IMG/VR virus record: IMGVR_UViG_3300045988_100207
Source of the DNA: a virus
Length of the DNA stretch: 64,000 nucleotides
Direction: 5' to 3' (one strand)
The notes under the pieces were generated by a model that saw nothing but the letters and a program-made list of their open reading frames with translations, did no database searches and had not been told where the DNA came from. The translations under genes and the position numbers were made by a program. Below are positions 21,801-27,706 of the stretch, piece by piece; within the stretch, counting starts at the first letter, position 1; every line of letters starts with the position of its first letter.

Positions 21801-24800
21801 TTCAAGAAGTTTTCTTGTTGTAGGATCGTCAGAGGTCAGACGTTCAAGATAACTCAACTGCTTTTCAGTAGCAGGCTCAACTGGCTCATTCTTGATTCTG
21901 TCTAGCGCATTTCTTGCCATGCTGAGAATGCCAGCAATCGTATTACTACGAGAAGGTTCTGGTTTCCACTCATCATGAGGAATGCCCAGATAATCATCAA
22001 GTAAGTCTTCTGCCTTGTAGAGAAGCTGAAAAGCATCATCCTTCTTCTTGATTCCACCTTTCTCAATCTCTTCAAGCAAAGCCTTCTTACGGTCATAGAT
22101 AGTACCTTTCGGCATTTCTTCCGAACTGGTTTCGGTCTTATCGTCAATTCGCTCCAACACACCATTCAGGTCACCAAACTTCTTGCCATCATACTCGTAG
22201 TATGAACCAGTGTATTCGCCCTTCTCGTTTGGCTCATCAACCTTGATAACCTCCTTGTCTCCATCAATCAGAATCTTCTGCTTCATGATAGGACCATTCT
22301 TTGATGGAGTCTCGGTTTCCTCGTCCGTCACTTCAATACGACTTTCGAGTTCCTTGTTTACCAAATCGTCAGGTTCCTCTACTCTTCGTCGCTCTGCTTC
22401 TGCTGGTTCATTTCCTCCTGATGCTTCTTGTTGAGGTTCTTCAACGCCTGAAACATCATGGCCTCCTTCAATTTCTGAATGTCCTGTTCCATAATCTTGC
22501 CATTTTTTAAAGTTCAAATACTCATTAATTAACTCTTCCTTGGTAGGAGCTGCTTCAAACATATTGCCCTCGCCAGTATTTCTAGCCTTAGCGATGCGGT
22601 TGTATTCGTCAAGTAAATCTCTGAAATCAGAAACCTTGCCCTCCAAGGCTAAAGCCATCATCTGAGAGATAGAAGGGTAGCGCTTAGCTGCATCCTCACC
22701 GAACATGGATGGTGTTCTCAGCAGCGTATCAACCTTATTGCCGCCCTGTCTTGCCTCATAGAGCAACTGGATAGCCTGATCTATCTCATCACGAAGAGAG
22801 AACTCGCCCAACTTCATATTATCCATTACCGAGCGGATAGCGTTGATAGCCTTGTTCTTCACCGTAGAGTCGATGCCCAGCATTCTGATAGTCTCTGGCT
22901 TGAAGATTGAACCCAAAAGAAGGTTCTTCACATACTCCCTGCCTTGTGCAGAAAGTCGCTCAGGACTATCCATCATCTGCGCCACCTCGTTCTGTCCGAT
23001 GATGCCTTTATCTACTAACGTCTTTACCAAGTCATTTATTGCCTTGGAATTGTTAAAGAAAGCATCAAGAGAGCCATTTCCCTCAATCTCGGCAACAATC
23101 GCACCTACCTCGTCAGAAGTCAAGGTCTTAGCCTTGGCAACCGCCTGTTCGGTATTACTCTGAGTCTTCTTCTCGTTTCGGTTAAACTTAGCGAAGGTAG
23201 CTGCATCGTATGGCAATCTCTCATCCGTCACCAACACCAGACGTGGATGCTCGATTCCGCTCTGCTCAATCTGCTCTTTGGTAAAGCCGAAGTTCTCGGC
23301 ATTCTCCAAGAGATCGTTGATGTATTCTGCGTCCGTGCCTTCCTTTGCAGCCTTCTGTCCTGCCATCGTTCTACCGTTACCATCATAAACGATGCCCTCG
23401 TCAGACACCACTGGCACCTGCTCGATAGCCATACCGTTATACTTTCGGGCTATCTGGTCCGTATTCTGCTGAGCTGCCTTGTCGTGCTCATAGTCACGAT
23501 CGTTCACGGTTCTGCCCTCAGCATCGGTAGGGAATCCCTCAGATTTCTTATAGTCGTTATTCACATCATGAGAAGGAGTAAGACTTTCTGCCGGAACAAT
23601 CTCATAGTGTCCCTTAATCTTTGTCTCTCCGTCAGGCAGCATTCTTGTGCGCTTGTTGCCTACAAGTCTAGGTGCATTCACAAACTTCTGTGCAGCCACG
23701 CTGCCAGCCTCATGAGCGCCCTCAGTCTGTTCAGTACTGCCAACAGTCTCGGCAACCTTCTTGGCAGTCATAGTCTTCTTGATATTCTGAGCGTGCTCTA
23801 GCTGCTTCTTGGCAGCTTCAATAGTCTGATTCTTCAAAGCCTCCTGCTCCATGATGTCGTTAGGCTCGGCGGTATAGTCCACCTTCATCTTCTCGGCATC
23901 CTTCAAAGCATTCTCAGCTTTCTTAATCTGTCCGTCCACCACCTTCTCGGCATTCTCCCCGAAATCCTCAGTAAGAATCTCCGCACTCTGCTCAGGAGTC
24001 ATGCTAGCATAGTCAGGCGTAGGTCTTCCCTTGCTGTCCGTAGCCATAGGAACATCTGTACCATCGGCAAACTTACGGGTCTGCTGAGGCTGCTCTACTT
24101 GTTGAACTGAGGCATCGCCTTCGCTAGCATTTTCCTCTGCTTCTCCATCACTTCCACTATTGGCATTGTCGCCTTTTCGAATTTTTCCATCTGTTTCATT
24201 GTTACTAATCTCTTCATTTTTATTTTCTTTAGGTTGAACTTCCTGCTGCGCCTTGGCTGCATCCTGCATCGCCTGCTCCTGTGCCGCCTGATTGTAAGGC
24301 TCAGAGTTCTTCATCTGCAATCTCTGACGATATTCTGCAGCAAACTGGTCGATAGGCTGGTTTTGGAGCAGAGTAACCTCGTCTGCCTTCACGTAAACCA
24401 TTTCCTTTGTATTAGGATCTAAGCAGACGAGCATATCGCCGCTGCCTTCCTTGGCTCTACCTGTAGTCTGGTCGAAGGCAACATCACCCGAACCAACAAG
24501 AAGTGTTCTTCCGTTGCTGTCTTGAACATACAGAGCCTGCTCGCCATTCATCGCCTGACCGTTCAAGGTTCCGTGATAGCTCCAATCTGAAATAAAGCTC
24601 TTCACGTTTTCCTCTATAGCGTCGGCAGTAGCCTGCTGCATACCCTGCACTCTGGCATTCGCATTAATATATTGGGCAAGTGGGGTCAACTCTTCTTGTA
24701 TCAATCCATTCTGAATGAGTGCATCGTAAATCTGTGCCGGCGTTAAGCCCTGCTGGTGCAATTGCTCAAAGGTTTGCTTGAACACATCGTTGCTATCCAT

Positions 24801-27689
24801 CGCTGCATCAAGGGCTTGCTCTGCGTTGCGAAGATTGCGCAACTCATCAACTACCACGCCGCTATCCGGGTTGTCCGTTCCCAGACTATGCTCCTCGGCA
24901 ACCGTCTTACCTTGGCTGGCAGACTGGTCTGCGTGTGGCCTCCAGCTAGGGAAAAGCTCATCTTCGAGTGCTCTCTTCACATGATAGAAGATTCTGTTCT
25001 CCTCATCAGTACGCTTCATCGGGTCCTTGCGCATGATTTTGTCAATATCAATAACAATGCTTCCTTCTTTACCAAGAAGTTCTTTGATAGAAGCCATGAA
25101 GTTATTAGTATAACCTTTGCTTTCTGATCTGAGGTAGCCAAGCAAACCGTTCTTATCTGCATACTTCGTCCAATCAAGATAGAGCGCACTCTTCTGGTTG
25201 TGCAAGTCATTAATCAGTCGGGCATTATTCGGGTCTGTAATATCCTTATTCTCGTCATATCCGTTTTCTTTAAGGAATCTAAACGCTAGATTAGTGACAG
25301 TTCCATCATCATCTATGAACTGCATATCCTTCATCCTTGCGTAGCCCATCAGCGACATCATATCGTCATTATCACGATAAAGCTTCTGCTTGTAAAGAAT
25401 AGCTCTGCGTTCATCGGCATTCTTATAAGATGTACGTGTAAGCAGCGTTCCATTCTTTGTGTATTCAAGAATCTGCTTATTCTTCACGTCGTTCACGCTT
25501 CGGTAGCTTTTGCCTCTTGTCGTGTTAAACAGTCCCATGGCCGCATTCACCTTCTCTTTGGTGCTCTGAGAAACGTCAGGGTCGTTCATGAAATCCGTGT
25601 AAGCAGTCTTATACTTCGGATCTCTTGGTGCTGTCTTCGATGCACGGTCCACCTTCACGAAAGCATCCATCAGATTCTTGCCAGATGCAGAAGAAATCAA
25701 TTCATTCTTCTCGTCAGGAGTCAGACGAATATCCACGGCAATAGGAGAGCCATTGGCATTCTTTCCAATCACGAAATTACCACCGCTATTATGAGTAAGA
25801 TGATGCAGAATATTGCCCATCTTCACGAAGTTACTAGACTCGCCAGCCTTGAATGCGCCAACCATCACAACATCTTCCAGCCAAGTGCCGAATGAAATAT
25901 CCTTATCACCGGTCACGTTGTCGGCAACCATCATGGTTCCAGCCTCAACGCCCAGTCCGGCGGCCGTAGCACCAAACTTCTGCGCGCCATGAAGCAACCG
26001 CTCGCCAGTACTCTTCTCCATACCTGTAATACCGAACTTGGAAACCCAAGGAGACATGATTGCGCCCGAAACTCCAAACATCGCACCCGTTACCGCACCA
26101 TGCTCAGCACCTTTCAGACCAGCCTCACCGATAGCCTGCAGCGAAGTATCATCGCCAGTAGAAGCCTGATTCAAAGCAGTAGTCACACCCGAATATCCTG
26201 CAAGGTTCAGCGCACCTGTTGCCGTTCTGGTTCCCAATCCCGACATGATTTTCTGTGCCGTAGTCATGTTGGCCACCTTGAAAGCCATCTGCTGGGCGGT
26301 AAGCTTCTGTGCTGCCTTCATCACGCCAGCCTTCACCAGTCCGTTAGTCAGAACTCGGGTTCCAGTATTCACGGCAGCACTTGCGCCGGCACCGATTACG
26401 GCGAGCGGACCAGAATCAGCAGCCATGTTTACTGCAGTAGAAGCGAATCTCGTACCGATTCCCGAGCGATAGGTTTCATCCTTGTGTCCGGCAACCTTCT
26501 GAATCTCCGCATCACCATCTGCAATGGCAATACCTTCCTGCAATCTCTGTCTTGTATCTCTAGACATAACAGATGGAGCCACCACCATACCGATAATAGA
26601 GTTACTGAGGTTCTTGACAATATAGTCAAGCGCACCATGAGGCATGATTTCCTCCTGGTTGCGCATCGTCAGAGCCTTCTGAGCATAGTTCATAATCTCT
26701 GGAGTAACGTATTTGTCCACGTATTCCTCTACACTCATGTTCAGTTTCTCTGCGCTCTCGGCAATATGGCGCTGCATTCCCTTCTGCGAATAAATCTCGT
26801 TGATTTTGCTGCTCAGATTGTTCATCAGAACGTTCTGTCGGTTCACTTGCTCCTGTGTCTGTGCATCACGGAAAGCCTGTTCCTTTACTGACTGAGGCGC
26901 ATAGATGCCGCCCATCTTGTCAAGGTTCTGCTGATACTGCTGACGTGTCAATTCCTGTGCCTCATTCATGGAAGAATCTACCAGTTCGAGCAGATCATTA
27001 CCCAAAATACCTTTGGACTGGCCGTCATTTCTTACGAACTTGTTACCCTCCACCTCATACTGGGCGAATGCTCTAGCATCGTCCTCTCTCTGCTGCTTGG
27101 CTCTAGCCCTGCGAGCTTCAGGAGTAGAAAGCTGCTGCATCGTCTCGTTGAAGTTCTTGGCAGTAGGGGTTATTCTGCTTCTGCTGATAGGGGTAGCTCT
27201 CTGCTGCTCCTGACGTGCTGACTGCTCTTGTGCTCTTTGCATGCGTGCGCGCGCATTACTAGCCTGCGCCTGCTGCATCGGGTTCATCTGGTCGTTACGC
27301 ATGTGCATCAACCGCCAGTTCTGCATGTAGTCTGTACCAGAAGTAGTAGCCGTTCTAGGCTGCTGAGCCTTCTGCTGCCTTGGCTTCCGATACTGAGCTG
27401 CGACTTCCTGCGCTCTCTGCTTCATCGTCAGCTTCTTGACAGGCTGAACTGGCTTCTGCTGCTGAGGCTTCGGATTTACTGCGTGAAGTCCGAGTCGCTG
27501 CGCAAACTCCTCATACGAACTACTGGAAACAGCACCGTCTGCATGAAGCGCATCATAGAGCTGCTTTCTGTTATGATAGCCCTGCTTGCCAGGCGCATAC
27601 ACGAACTGTCTGAAATGTTCTCTAGTTCCCGATACTGCGCCATCGGCTTTCAAGGCGTTATAAAGTTGGTCAAATTTATCTCCAGCCAT
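9882..27689 (-). CDS. giant multidomain (polyvalent, DarB-like) protein, 5,935 aa
   Basis: One uninterrupted 17,808-nt ORF. Motifs read in the translation: ParB-like, EPSAGNG + NPPF (N6A methyltransferase), GDMTGIGKGRQ / DESH / SAT / QMRGRIDRTGQ (SF2, strawberry-notch-like helicase), HELIH, HEVVGH. Confidence 0.95.
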   Translation of the reverse strand: MAGDKFDQLYNALKADGAVSGTREHFRQFVYAPGKQGYHNRKQLYDALHADGAVSSSSYEEFAQRLGLHAVNPKPQQQKPVQPVKKLTMKQRAQEVAAQYRKPRQQKAQQPRTATTSGTDYMQNWRLMHMRNDQMNPMQQAQASNARARMQRAQEQSARQEQQRATPISRSRITPTAKNFNETMQQLSTPEARRARAKQQREDDARAFAQYEVEGNKFVRNDGQSKGILGNDLLELVDSSMNEAQELTRQQYQQNLDKMGGIYAPQSVKEQAFRDAQTQEQVNRQNVLMNNLSSKINEIYSQKGMQRHIAESAEKLNMSVEEYVDKYVTPEIMNYAQKALTMRNQEEIMPHGALDYIVKNLSNSIIGMVVAPSVMSRDTRQRLQEGIAIADGDAEIQKVAGHKDETYRSGIGTRFASTAVNMAADSGPLAVIGAGASAAVNTGTRVLTNGLVKAGVMKAAQKLTAQQMAFKVANMTTAQKIMSGLGTRTATGALNLAGYSGVTTALNQASTGDDTSLQAIGEAGLKGAEHGAVTGAMFGVSGAIMSPWVSKFGITGMEKSTGERLLHGAQKFGATAAGLGVEAGTMMVADNVTGDKDISFGTWLEDVVMVGAFKAGESSNFVKMGNILHHLTHNSGGNFVIGKNANGSPIAVDIRLTPDEKNELISSASGKNLMDAFVKVDRASKTAPRDPKYKTAYTDFMNDPDVSQSTKEKVNAAMGLFNTTRGKSYRSVNDVKNKQILEYTKNGTLLTRTSYKNADERRAILYKQKLYRDNDDMMSLMGYARMKDMQFIDDDGTVTNLAFRFLKENGYDENKDITDPNNARLINDLHNQKSALYLDWTKYADKNGLLGYLRSESKGYTNNFMASIKELLGKEGSIVIDIDKIMRKDPMKRTDEENRIFYHVKRALEDELFPSWRPHADQSASQGKTVAEEHSLGTDNPDSGVVVDELRNLRNAEQALDAAMDSNDVFKQTFEQLHQQGLTPAQIYDALIQNGLIQEELTPLAQYINANARVQGMQQATADAIEENVKSFISDWSYHGTLNGQAMNGEQALYVQDSNGRTLLVGSGDVAFDQTTGRAKEGSGDMLVCLDPNTKEMVYVKADEVTLLQNQPIDQFAAEYRQRLQMKNSEPYNQAAQEQAMQDAAKAQQEVQPKENKNEEISNNETDGKIRKGDNANSGSDGEAEENASEGDASVQQVEQPQQTRKFADGTDVPMATDSKGRPTPDYASMTPEQSAEILTEDFGENAEKVVDGQIKKAENALKDAEKMKVDYTAEPNDIMEQEALKNQTIEAAKKQLEHAQNIKKTMTAKKVAETVGSTEQTEGAHEAGSVAAQKFVNAPRLVGNKRTRMLPDGETKIKGHYEIVPAESLTPSHDVNNDYKKSEGFPTDAEGRTVNDRDYEHDKAAQQNTDQIARKYNGMAIEQVPVVSDEGIVYDGNGRTMAGQKAAKEGTDAEYINDLLENAENFGFTKEQIEQSGIEHPRLVLVTDERLPYDAATFAKFNRNEKKTQSNTEQAVAKAKTLTSDEVGAIVAEIEGNGSLDAFFNNSKAINDLVKTLVDKGIIGQNEVAQMMDSPERLSAQGREYVKNLLLGSIFKPETIRMLGIDSTVKNKAINAIRSVMDNMKLGEFSLRDEIDQAIQLLYEARQGGNKVDTLLRTPSMFGEDAAKRYPSISQMMALALEGKVSDFRDLLDEYNRIAKARNTGEGNMFEAAPTKEELINEYLNFKKWQDYGTGHSEIEGGHDVSGVEEPQQEASGGNEPAEAERRRVEEPDDLVNKELESRIEVTDEETETPSKNGPIMKQKILIDGDKEVIKVDEPNEKGEYTGSYYEYDGKKFGDLNGVLERIDDKTETSSEEMPKGTIYDRKKALLEEIEKGGIKKKDDAFQLLYKAEDLLDDYLGIPHDEWKPEPSRSNTIAGILSMARNALDRIKNEPVEPATEKQLSYLERLTSDDPTTRKLLEGVKLNKKQATWLIGNIKGLDDNLMRLHPDDIAETEKFIHDGIEYMKKLNGETSKEGGLPLLPKEEKPDPTFDPIAAAAQEFKKEHPLTEEEIMKADVDDLSKDIALDYLNGEVTDDLHRAIYESIFAKTRGQKTEPKVETPKAEPSADPMEGIKNAAEGFEKEKKAKTEKKPQQTADDAAVAASNKKVNDLWDMLKNAGKDEISASFVGLNSRQLEVLPKLVSAMAENAYLRIKRGMHNLEDVVKEMRKEFAPAAKLFKKEDVDAIYEQMMNIRYRDGEQRMSLKEWADYYEKTSPKHQENLVGDSKTAEERKLAEKKFIDTVNLQLGFKHKFNGIVELRKIAERVGLKDIKDTDLQELAETAIVKRARGIASSESTNDAVKFERIKTLYENQPSLNQRDSERVMKQQYSTPAPYAFLADMYVKGKGKVIDSALEPSAGNGMLTIGLPMDKVHVNDIDAQRLANLRRQGFKNVTSQDGTQPFADKDVDVVVTNPPFGSATTKEYDGYKISSLEGQMAINALESMKDDGRAAIIIGGKTEYAKNGSLNPKDKAFLGYLYSHYNVEDVINVDGGLYAKQGTSYPTRIILINGRRLNENAFPPVKDKARAETVKDYDELYKRIEDDILRGERMDSSIGEETRSAQPELDKQGATGTPKEGVRAGKRGGSEPDGKRESDLFDSTSVSGTHDDLENQRGTEPREDGRLSDGDSRTDGTGTEPSPSKEPTTGTNEQRGNGSGGAGRNDAQPNADEPASTGSGSGPRGQLQRVDKSVRGLSTEKVTYTPKSGNPFTLKAVMPADQQEAVNKNLEKLGDADQFLVDELGYNDKDDLYSHLAAEQVDSVALALQQAKKGNAFIIGDMTGIGKGRQAASLIRYAKKQGQVPVYFTKTAGLLSDVYRDLVDIGSPDLRPFVFGSAKEAAITDSDGNVVFALPSKSEVKRVLDYIEKNGKLPEEYDYVLTTYSQVSNGVYEFDENGARKEKKLAKGKTFGAAALSGQRRRDAIEKLMDNAYLILDESHTAGGNSGQGNYFQHIIQKAKNVTFFSATFAKRPDNMPIYALRTAMNEGGMKSSDLIDAVKRGGATLQEIMSQTLTQCGQMIRRERDMTGVTIDWKAIDDPERVQEQREQYDSIIGLFNDIINFQKKYVSSYVDERNDELAAIQSTMGIKKGTAALGIKNQPFASKAFNTVQQVLLSLKAKSAAERAIDYLKQGMKPVIALNNTNESQTGNLALGEEMDAPDLGTSLKKGLEGTLRYTQKDAKDNSESGYIKLSDLGDEAVEAYHELEKKIEQTSTGLSLSPIDVIKNELQKAGYKVGELTGRQTEFVYNDNGTVTKVKRADTDKKKLARDFNDGKIDALILNKSAATGISLHASSKYKDQKKRVMIVAQQQLDVNDEVQMRGRIDRTGQVARGAYEYVVSLIPAEQRLLMMFKAKLKSLDANTTSSQKSKFNEMEVADITNKYGDKVVREYMAEHLDLYARMADPFGWEKSHGDDLSRIDPQTLVASGGGVGDGEAGADASKLLGRMALLRVSEQEKMLQEIGELYANEIQRLNEMGENDLEITELPLKAKTLHKEVWKQGAEPGGDNAFADNTYIEKVNMAILKKPMKASEVKASQDGLTGGKTWDEYKTEKKAAVKEYFDQKIADETQKYEERAVKAATKAKEKYIKDAKKGQKDSGMSDEQIEKMAGYQYDNIYKQEKDKLNDVMKNLKAKAEMFERVLDTFDTNQTFALPTDMNNPNELSGFGNSYGRLIDIKITDNYSPNASSVSFATLDGRRKITFPIVGKVGAGEGNIDVISAIDNMTKQAISMGDSHLRVLNQNFDNWDRLTSNESRKNGYIVTGNLMQALVDSKDQGLGGQLVKYTTDTGEVKTGILMPDRFDPKGLTTDAPINSVAEKFELSSWHGGIDEVTSSDGEVKVKRIDNNRGYYYELRVPKSKAKGGKYFMDEDLLKLVNGNNFETRGNNMLAEFKPEQLKPVLDRLSKMGVKVQEERNTSEDEGTHFREDRGFQYSKTDTKDVKNSRIIPEDVDKNVSSQIEKKFDDRVDELTKDLSNEDKAEFNRHLDYYTSEFSRYKASEITYTLNGLEDEVRFWGRTFGNREKAGRTHLVQLKRAELEAAKTAARREMDYREVRAKALADGYGLRRGAKASFADISRLFEATNQAKEEGTRRLFEKARDIAKRLGVEFGGMDEGDERGNVGEATPERNINLFIDTLSRTYTNPKEAAHTILHELIHQATMGAIHLVKDGKAEGMLTPKQIEAVKTVIDIYNKVKADGRIVWEEGKRRNYGGKDEYEFAAEMAGGKQRKILGLSLGERIMNAVNELRNRGDNSLWQAVKNAWHKLFEISDKSKMDKALNDIMDDFNEKIDDIAMNDIEENGYAYRVTDKDELDRLNKEKTFRMYSGMQEVDGKLYSPMAAIIDGKRTDATEIGAWMGADERPDLVKNGKFQLVKTDKNPGAGEGPVPAAYNPYMHTSTSVMNDQFSGAYARGNIKVVEWEIPESEKTSGYHAEGAKNSVGLVPWTSGTVNSLLPKDRQRSVMLSRWRKAVRILPDEEVAEKIADQLRGTGLAIPWNVVTPNQLRELVKLGVPITTVEQGRQNPETKEKFLKQMAELEQEFPQAKFVNVKMTKDAFNVWGKDGGIKFRTDHGDGNYPTSSVESHIEKVVQKTGAKVNMVSSVDEITNKAAKAAIEEGRKITGWYDEKTGEVHLYMPNIHDRYTAEKTIWHEVVGHKGMSELFGDERFDKFLREVWYDLDKPENAALKKLVDEERKFNPLNIYDAIEEGIARLAEDGKGEPGFWNGIKNKVSDFLHEIGYRVAPNTKDVKYLLWLSKNLQKNPDDPYWKMRAEAVKYRLDHERMPAVVAHDGMFYGNDGKVRSMDNLTKAEWNEATDGEIHFRTTPSAGTALDRYHRSLDEHGYMFTESYMDNMLSLKKLMNAIVPDKKIEDIASSENPYILQNTMQGAMSDAAQMFERNVMKPLDKAMADVLDAFDGKKDDEKIRNFNLYMITKHGLERNREFFVRDFLRNMRMDEQKKQDADFLENSYYSDKEYLDNELKAGNIDLKEYYRQLDESIRNHFDADFEAGEHDYSGMHAIQEVTKSSDPYNDAEAIQSVMDSEAKMESIKKGAVKDYWDKVKAATQYSIDSDYKNGIISKELHGHVSNMFNWYVPLRKYDEATAEDTYGYITEQGDPKSYIGSTIMRARGHKYLSETNVLAQIGAMGNRAIKNGGMNAIRQAFARFARNNSGNNLITETSVWYEKDPVVNIVYERYPDIPEDATADEINQIVSDFNKDMKMKESQGMAYKVYRRDKIGYKFQRAENKSQHIVDVKIAGRTHTFIINGNPRAAQALNGLLENSGAKGIMKPLSSISRMMAQLCTSYNPEFVMRNIMRDAEFASSNVTSKEGARYGALWAKYYAQLGLYKGASNISFKDLSGTTGLGLFAKYRNGTLDMSDKVQRYFKEFMENGGETGWVQIKNMQDWTKEYKKDVKGERSKIDKGGAVLRDFFFGNLANINEVAENIARFATYCASRDSNRSIIRSVYDAKEVSTNFNRHGSGDAIKSFKNGEMTGGKAAARWTYGFTASYLRHCSMFFNAGIQSTNLLVKNLKNHPVGTSINMLAIPFALGALAALGNNVLIASEDEKDRKGVKDPYGELPDYVRRNNLCIYKGGGQFITIPLAIELRAFYGLGDLAAGLTFSPNVSGQKNPALDAVGCMSQLVPVMDYLGNSSAGKEPLNETIKAISPSALSPFVEWELNTDWKGAPIERRGDWNENSPAWQRAYRGVPDGYMAVNKWVNAQTNDVAKGNEDMLGNSFLDMVTNPSMLNHYIGGIGGGAATFTERAIGVIKHGSDTETKDIPFLRSLLYTPNEQSSLQRTKSKWYNYKDEMEKTMANVDRLKSKNVPIDKRITNIGEYFHFQNSKEAAKVRIIELAEKQMKRWKKLRDKSSDTESINFANQNIDRIMMDAVDELDRLE
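13614..13631 (-). other. zincin-like motif 2 (HEVVGH, aa 4687)
   Basis: KTIWHEVVGHKGMSELFG is read directly from the sequence. Confidence 0.45.
15105..15119 (-). other. zincin motif 1 (HELIH, aa 4191)
   Basis: AAHTILHELIHQATMG is read directly from the sequence. Confidence 0.5.
17490..19290 (-). other. SF2 helicase core of strawberry-notch type, aa ~2800-3400
   Basis: GDMTGIGKGRQ (aa 2819), ILDESH (aa 2976), FFSATF, QMRGRIDRTGQ (aa 3358). Confidence 0.7.
20000..20600 (-). other. N6-adenine DNA methyltransferase domain, aa ~2365-2560
   Basis: Motif I EPSAGNG (aa 2398, nt 20481-20498) and motif IV VVVTNPPFG (N at aa 2456, nt 20313-20324). Confidence 0.75.
23340..23625 (-). other. ParB/Srx-like domain, aa ~1355-1450
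   Basis: ESLTPSHDVNNDY (H at aa 1374) and IVYDGNGRTMAG (aa ~1433). Confidence 0.5.
25815..26603 (-). other. Gly/Ala-rich hydrophobic (glycine-zipper-like) region of the giant protein, aa ~363-625
   Basis: IIGMVVAPSV...LAVIGAGASAAV...GAVTGAMFGVSGAI...GATAAGLGVEAGTMMVA. Confidence 0.5.
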
Positions 27690-27706
27690 ATATTATATAT
27701 TAATGT

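Noticed and set aside
9882-27689. The giant ORF as a crAss-like virion-packaged RNA polymerase.
   Set aside because: I saw no DxDxD-type double-psi beta-barrel catalytic motif. Clear methyltransferase and SF2 helicase motifs point to a DarB-like or polyvalent protein instead.
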